Shown here: positions 23,073 to 26,609 of the stretch, in pieces | How positions within the stretch are numbered: the stretch's first letter is position 1 | How the letters are laid out: every line of letters starts with the position of its first letter | Assembly (NCBI GenBank): GCA_021798095.1 | Contig: JAJZYL010000001.1 | Location: 1-26,609 of the forward strand | Length of the DNA stretch: 26,609 bases | Source of the DNA: an archaeon | Lineage (GTDB): Archaea; Thermoproteota; Nitrososphaeria; Conexivisphaerales; UBA164 | Reading direction: 5' to 3' | Made by a program: the position numbers and the translations under genes | The notes under the pieces: generated by a model | Told to the model about the DNA's origin: nothing | Databases searched by the model: none | Seen by the model: the letters and a program-made list of their open reading frames with translations, nothing else

Positions 23073-23184
23073 AACATTATGGTTATTCCGTCATAGTTAA
23101 AGCCTTTGTGGTACTTATAAAGAAAGTTAGGGGTCTGGGGAAGCGGTAAAACTCCGACCTTCACAGTTAGTTCCAAACTTTTTA

Positions 23185-23366
23185 GTTTAGGATGGTTTTA
23201 TTGAACGCGGGCCTGAATCCCTCAAGGAACATCAAAATGCTTGGCAGGTTTGAGTACTTGGGCTGTTGCTAGCCAGCCAATCATTGTAGTTCGATGAAAC
23301 TCCACCTGCTGGTGAAGGGGAGGCTAGCGACAAGCTCCGAAGCTTTAACTGAGGAGTAGCTGTCAA
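23185..23366 (+). pseudogene. Decayed tnpB 3' end with omega-RNA-like region and right end
   Basis: 23201-23272 reads LNAGLNPSRNIKMLG (cf. RuvC-III NADLNASRNI); then QPI- and DETPPAGEGE-like tail; ends AAGCTCCGAAGCTTTAACTGAGGAGTAGCTGTCAA (CTCC/GGAG hairpin, TTTA loop, terminal TCAA). Confidence 0.7.
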
Positions 23367-23456
23367 TACACACTGGAATAGGTTATTTTTCAGAATCGTA
23401 CGGATGGAAAGAGAGGCGATGTGGCTGTTCAAAGGGGGGCTGGAAGCGCGCCACCC

Positions 23457-24050
23457 TTACCTTGAGGCCATCGCCATTCTTTCTTGGTCTTGCTTCTTCT
23501 TTATAGGATAGCTGTTCAAGTCCCCTGAGGCCGCTGTTATGATCTCATCTGCAAGGGTTTCTTCGAATGGCCTAGCGCTGGCAAATGAGGCAAGCCTTGC
23601 CCCTTCTGCAATGTACCTTATTGCGAGATCTATTCGCCTGGTAGGTGAAACATCTACTGAAACGTGATAGACGGTTCCGCCATAGCTTATCCTGGTGGTA
23701 TCCTCATTAGGGCCCGCGTTTATTATAGCTTTTACTAGTATATCTAGGGGGTTCTTGTTGGTCTTAAGGTGAATGATATCGAAGGCTGTACTTACCGTCT
23801 TGATCACCCTTTGTTTTTTTCCTCCCATCCTTCCGGTATTCTTTGAGTAGATCTTGCCAAAGTGTGAGAGGCCATTAACTAGCCTCTCGACCACGTTGAC
23901 CTTATCCTTGCTGAACCTCTTTCCGGCATGTCTTCCAAAGCTATGCGGATATATCATAGGGTACAGTGATATCGAATCCTTCAAACCGGCATCATCTATG
24001 GTAACCCCCGTATAGTCCCATTTTCCAAACAACCGTATTTCCTTTTGCAT
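23457..24050 (-). CDS. rps7: 30S ribosomal protein S7 (uS7)
   Basis: LFGKWD, PHSFGRH, VERLVN, GPNEDTTRI.YGG, VDVSP.RRID.A, MAMASR. Confidence 0.97.
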   Translation of the reverse strand: MQKEIRLFGKWDYTGVTIDDAGLKDSISLYPMIYPHSFGRHAGKRFSKDKVNVVERLVNGLSHFGKIYSKNTGRMGGKKQRVIKTVSTAFDIIHLKTNKNPLDILVKAIINAGPNEDTTRISYGGTVYHVSVDVSPTRRIDLAIRYIAEGARLASFASARPFEETLADEIITAASGDLNSYPIKKKQDQERMAMASR

Positions 24051-24059
24051 TGCTCTTAA

Positions 24060-24500
24060 TTACCTCTTTGGCTTCTCCTTTCTTCCATAAATTAGCATAT
24101 TAAGGTTAATACCGTTAACCTGTGAAACCTTCCACCTAACGCCCGGTATATCACCCATAGCCCGCCCCTGAGAACCTCCAATCCCCTCCACAAGAACCTC
24201 ATCGTGTTCATCCACCAAATTCAAAGCTCCATCCCCAGGCAAAAAAGCGGTTATCTGTTTACCATTTTTTATGAGCTGTAGCCTTACGCATTTTCTTACA
24301 GCGGAGTTAGGCTGCTTGGATTCGATGCCGACCTTTTCAAGCACTATTCCCCTTCCTTGGGGCGCCCCTTCCAGTGGATCCGCTTTCAAGTCCAGTTTAT
24401 ATGCCCTCCGTTTATAATATTTATCCGACCACCTGAACCTCTGTCTCTTTATCTTCAGTTTTCTAGCACCGAATTCTCCCATTGGTGACTTATCAGTCAT
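24060..24500 (-). CDS. rps12: 30S ribosomal protein S12 (uS12)
   Basis: [33 protein letters not shown]. Confidence 0.98.
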   Translation of the reverse strand: MTDKSPMGEFGARKLKIKRQRFRWSDKYYKRRAYKLDLKADPLEGAPQGRGIVLEKVGIESKQPNSAVRKCVRLQLIKNGKQITAFLPGDGALNLVDEHDEVLVEGIGGSQGRAMGDIPGVRWKVSQVNGINLNMLIYGRKEKPKR

Positions 24501-24637
24501 AACTTTACCTACCTTCTAGGGCCCTTAATAAGCTCAATGGTAGGAAGCATTTAGAGCTTAAACGGCCGGTATGAACTCTTAGAATTAGATCGATATCACA
24601 TATTAAATAATGCGTATGGATAAGATGATTCATTAGC

Positions 24638-25078
24638 CTAAATTGACATTACTTTGACTTGATCTATCCCAAAATATCTGTTTGATAGCAATTTAAGCTT
24701 TTCAATATTCTGCCCCCTAGTTCCAAAGATGGCACCCTTATCCTTCTGATTGACCGTCACTATACAAGATTTTGATCCATCAACTGAGTGTGTTTCCCTG
24801 ACCCCTATCACATATTTTGGACCAACCATATTTTTAATGAGTTCTTCTAGCGTATCGGCGTACTCAACTACGACCACCGTCTTCCCAGTAGCCTTCCTCA
24901 CATAGTTTATTTTCTGACCGTCTTTGCCTATGGTAATCCCCATCATCCCCTTGTTGACTACCAGGATAACACGGTCGAACGTTTTATCCACTATACAATC
25001 CCGTGGTTCTATCCCAGTTAGGCTTTGAAAGAGGCGCATGAATCCTAGTTCTTCGCTAGTATATTTTATTTCGCTCAT
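24638..25078 (-). CDS. nusA: Archaeal NusA (two KH domains)
   Basis: F..LTG....DC, IGKDGQKI, VVEYAD, GAIFGTRGQNI; conserved position after rpl30e. Confidence 0.9.
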   Translation of the reverse strand: MSEIKYTSEELGFMRLFQSLTGIEPRDCIVDKTFDRVILVVNKGMMGITIGKDGQKINYVRKATGKTVVVVEYADTLEELIKNMVGPKYVIGVRETHSVDGSKSCIVTVNQKDKGAIFGTRGQNIEKLKLLSNRYFGIDQVKVMSI

Positions 25079-25083
25079 ACGTG

Positions 25084-25383
25084 TTAACTACCTTTAAGTA
25101 TCTGCTCAAACTTTGGGTCTATCGATCTGAAAGCCAGAACCGATACTGGAAACATCTTTTTTACAGCTTTTCCAAGTTCAACGGAGGTGCCATCAAATTC
25201 CGCTATGTATGATTCAGCGGGAACGGTTTTTTTCAGTGATTCTACGTCATCTGCGACCAAGCTACGCGAATATATTACAAGCTTGACTGACTTGATCGAT
25301 TTCTTGACTTCCCGTAGGCCTATGATATATTTGGAATCCTTCATAGTATATTTGATGAGTTCTAATAATTCTGTTTTTTCCAA
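25084..25383 (-). CDS. rpl30e: 50S ribosomal protein L30e (eL30)
   Basis: IIG.REV.K, FDGTSVELGKAV.K.F.VSVLA; syntenic between rpoA and nusA; TTG start. Confidence 0.85.
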   Translation of the reverse strand: MEKTELLELIKYTMKDSKYIIGLREVKKSIKSVKLVIYSRSLVADDVESLKKTVPAESYIAEFDGTSVELGKAVKKMFPVSVLAFRSIDPKFEQILKGS

Positions 25384-25393
25384 TCCTCTTCAC

Positions 25394-26609
<1,216 letters not shown>

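Noticed and set aside
23232-23432. 66-aa minus-strand ORF
   Set aside because: No recognisable motif; antisense to the better-supported tnpB relic
24508-24544. CCTACC/GGTAGG pairing that could sequester the rps12 SD
   Set aside because: 6 bp with a long loop; a promoter-like box lies between the arms

Overview
Core-genome window of an archaeon. The 16S sequence, a 16S-23S operon with no spacer tRNA-Ala or linked 5S, and an apparently unsplit RNA polymerase subunit A point to a TACK lineage, most likely Nitrososphaerota (Thaumarchaeota); this is inference. It carries a full 16S-23S-tRNA-Val operon (minus strand) with canonical bulge-helix-bulge processing stems, tRNA-Ser(TGA), tRNA-Gln(CTG), and a rearranged rpoA-rpl30e-nusA-rps12-rps7-...-tuf cluster. 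Housekeeping and metabolic genes include ppa, ppdK, ADP-forming acyl-CoA ligase, thyX, sufC, mpg, rnp4, sepF and an S-layer-domain/ABC operon. The most interesting signal is non-coding: four intergenic relics of IS200/IS605 tnpB 3' ends (the omega/reRNA region) with no intact tnpA/tnpB in the window. The best preserved is a ~140-nt unit behind a TATA box that runs directly into tRNA-Ser, so tRNA processing could define the 3' end of an orphan guide RNA. Other oddities: C33 in tRNA-Gln, a His/Tyr swap in the ThyX signature, a long 23S helix 98, and fusA and rps10 missing from the str cluster. All calls are by eye; no searches or folding were run.
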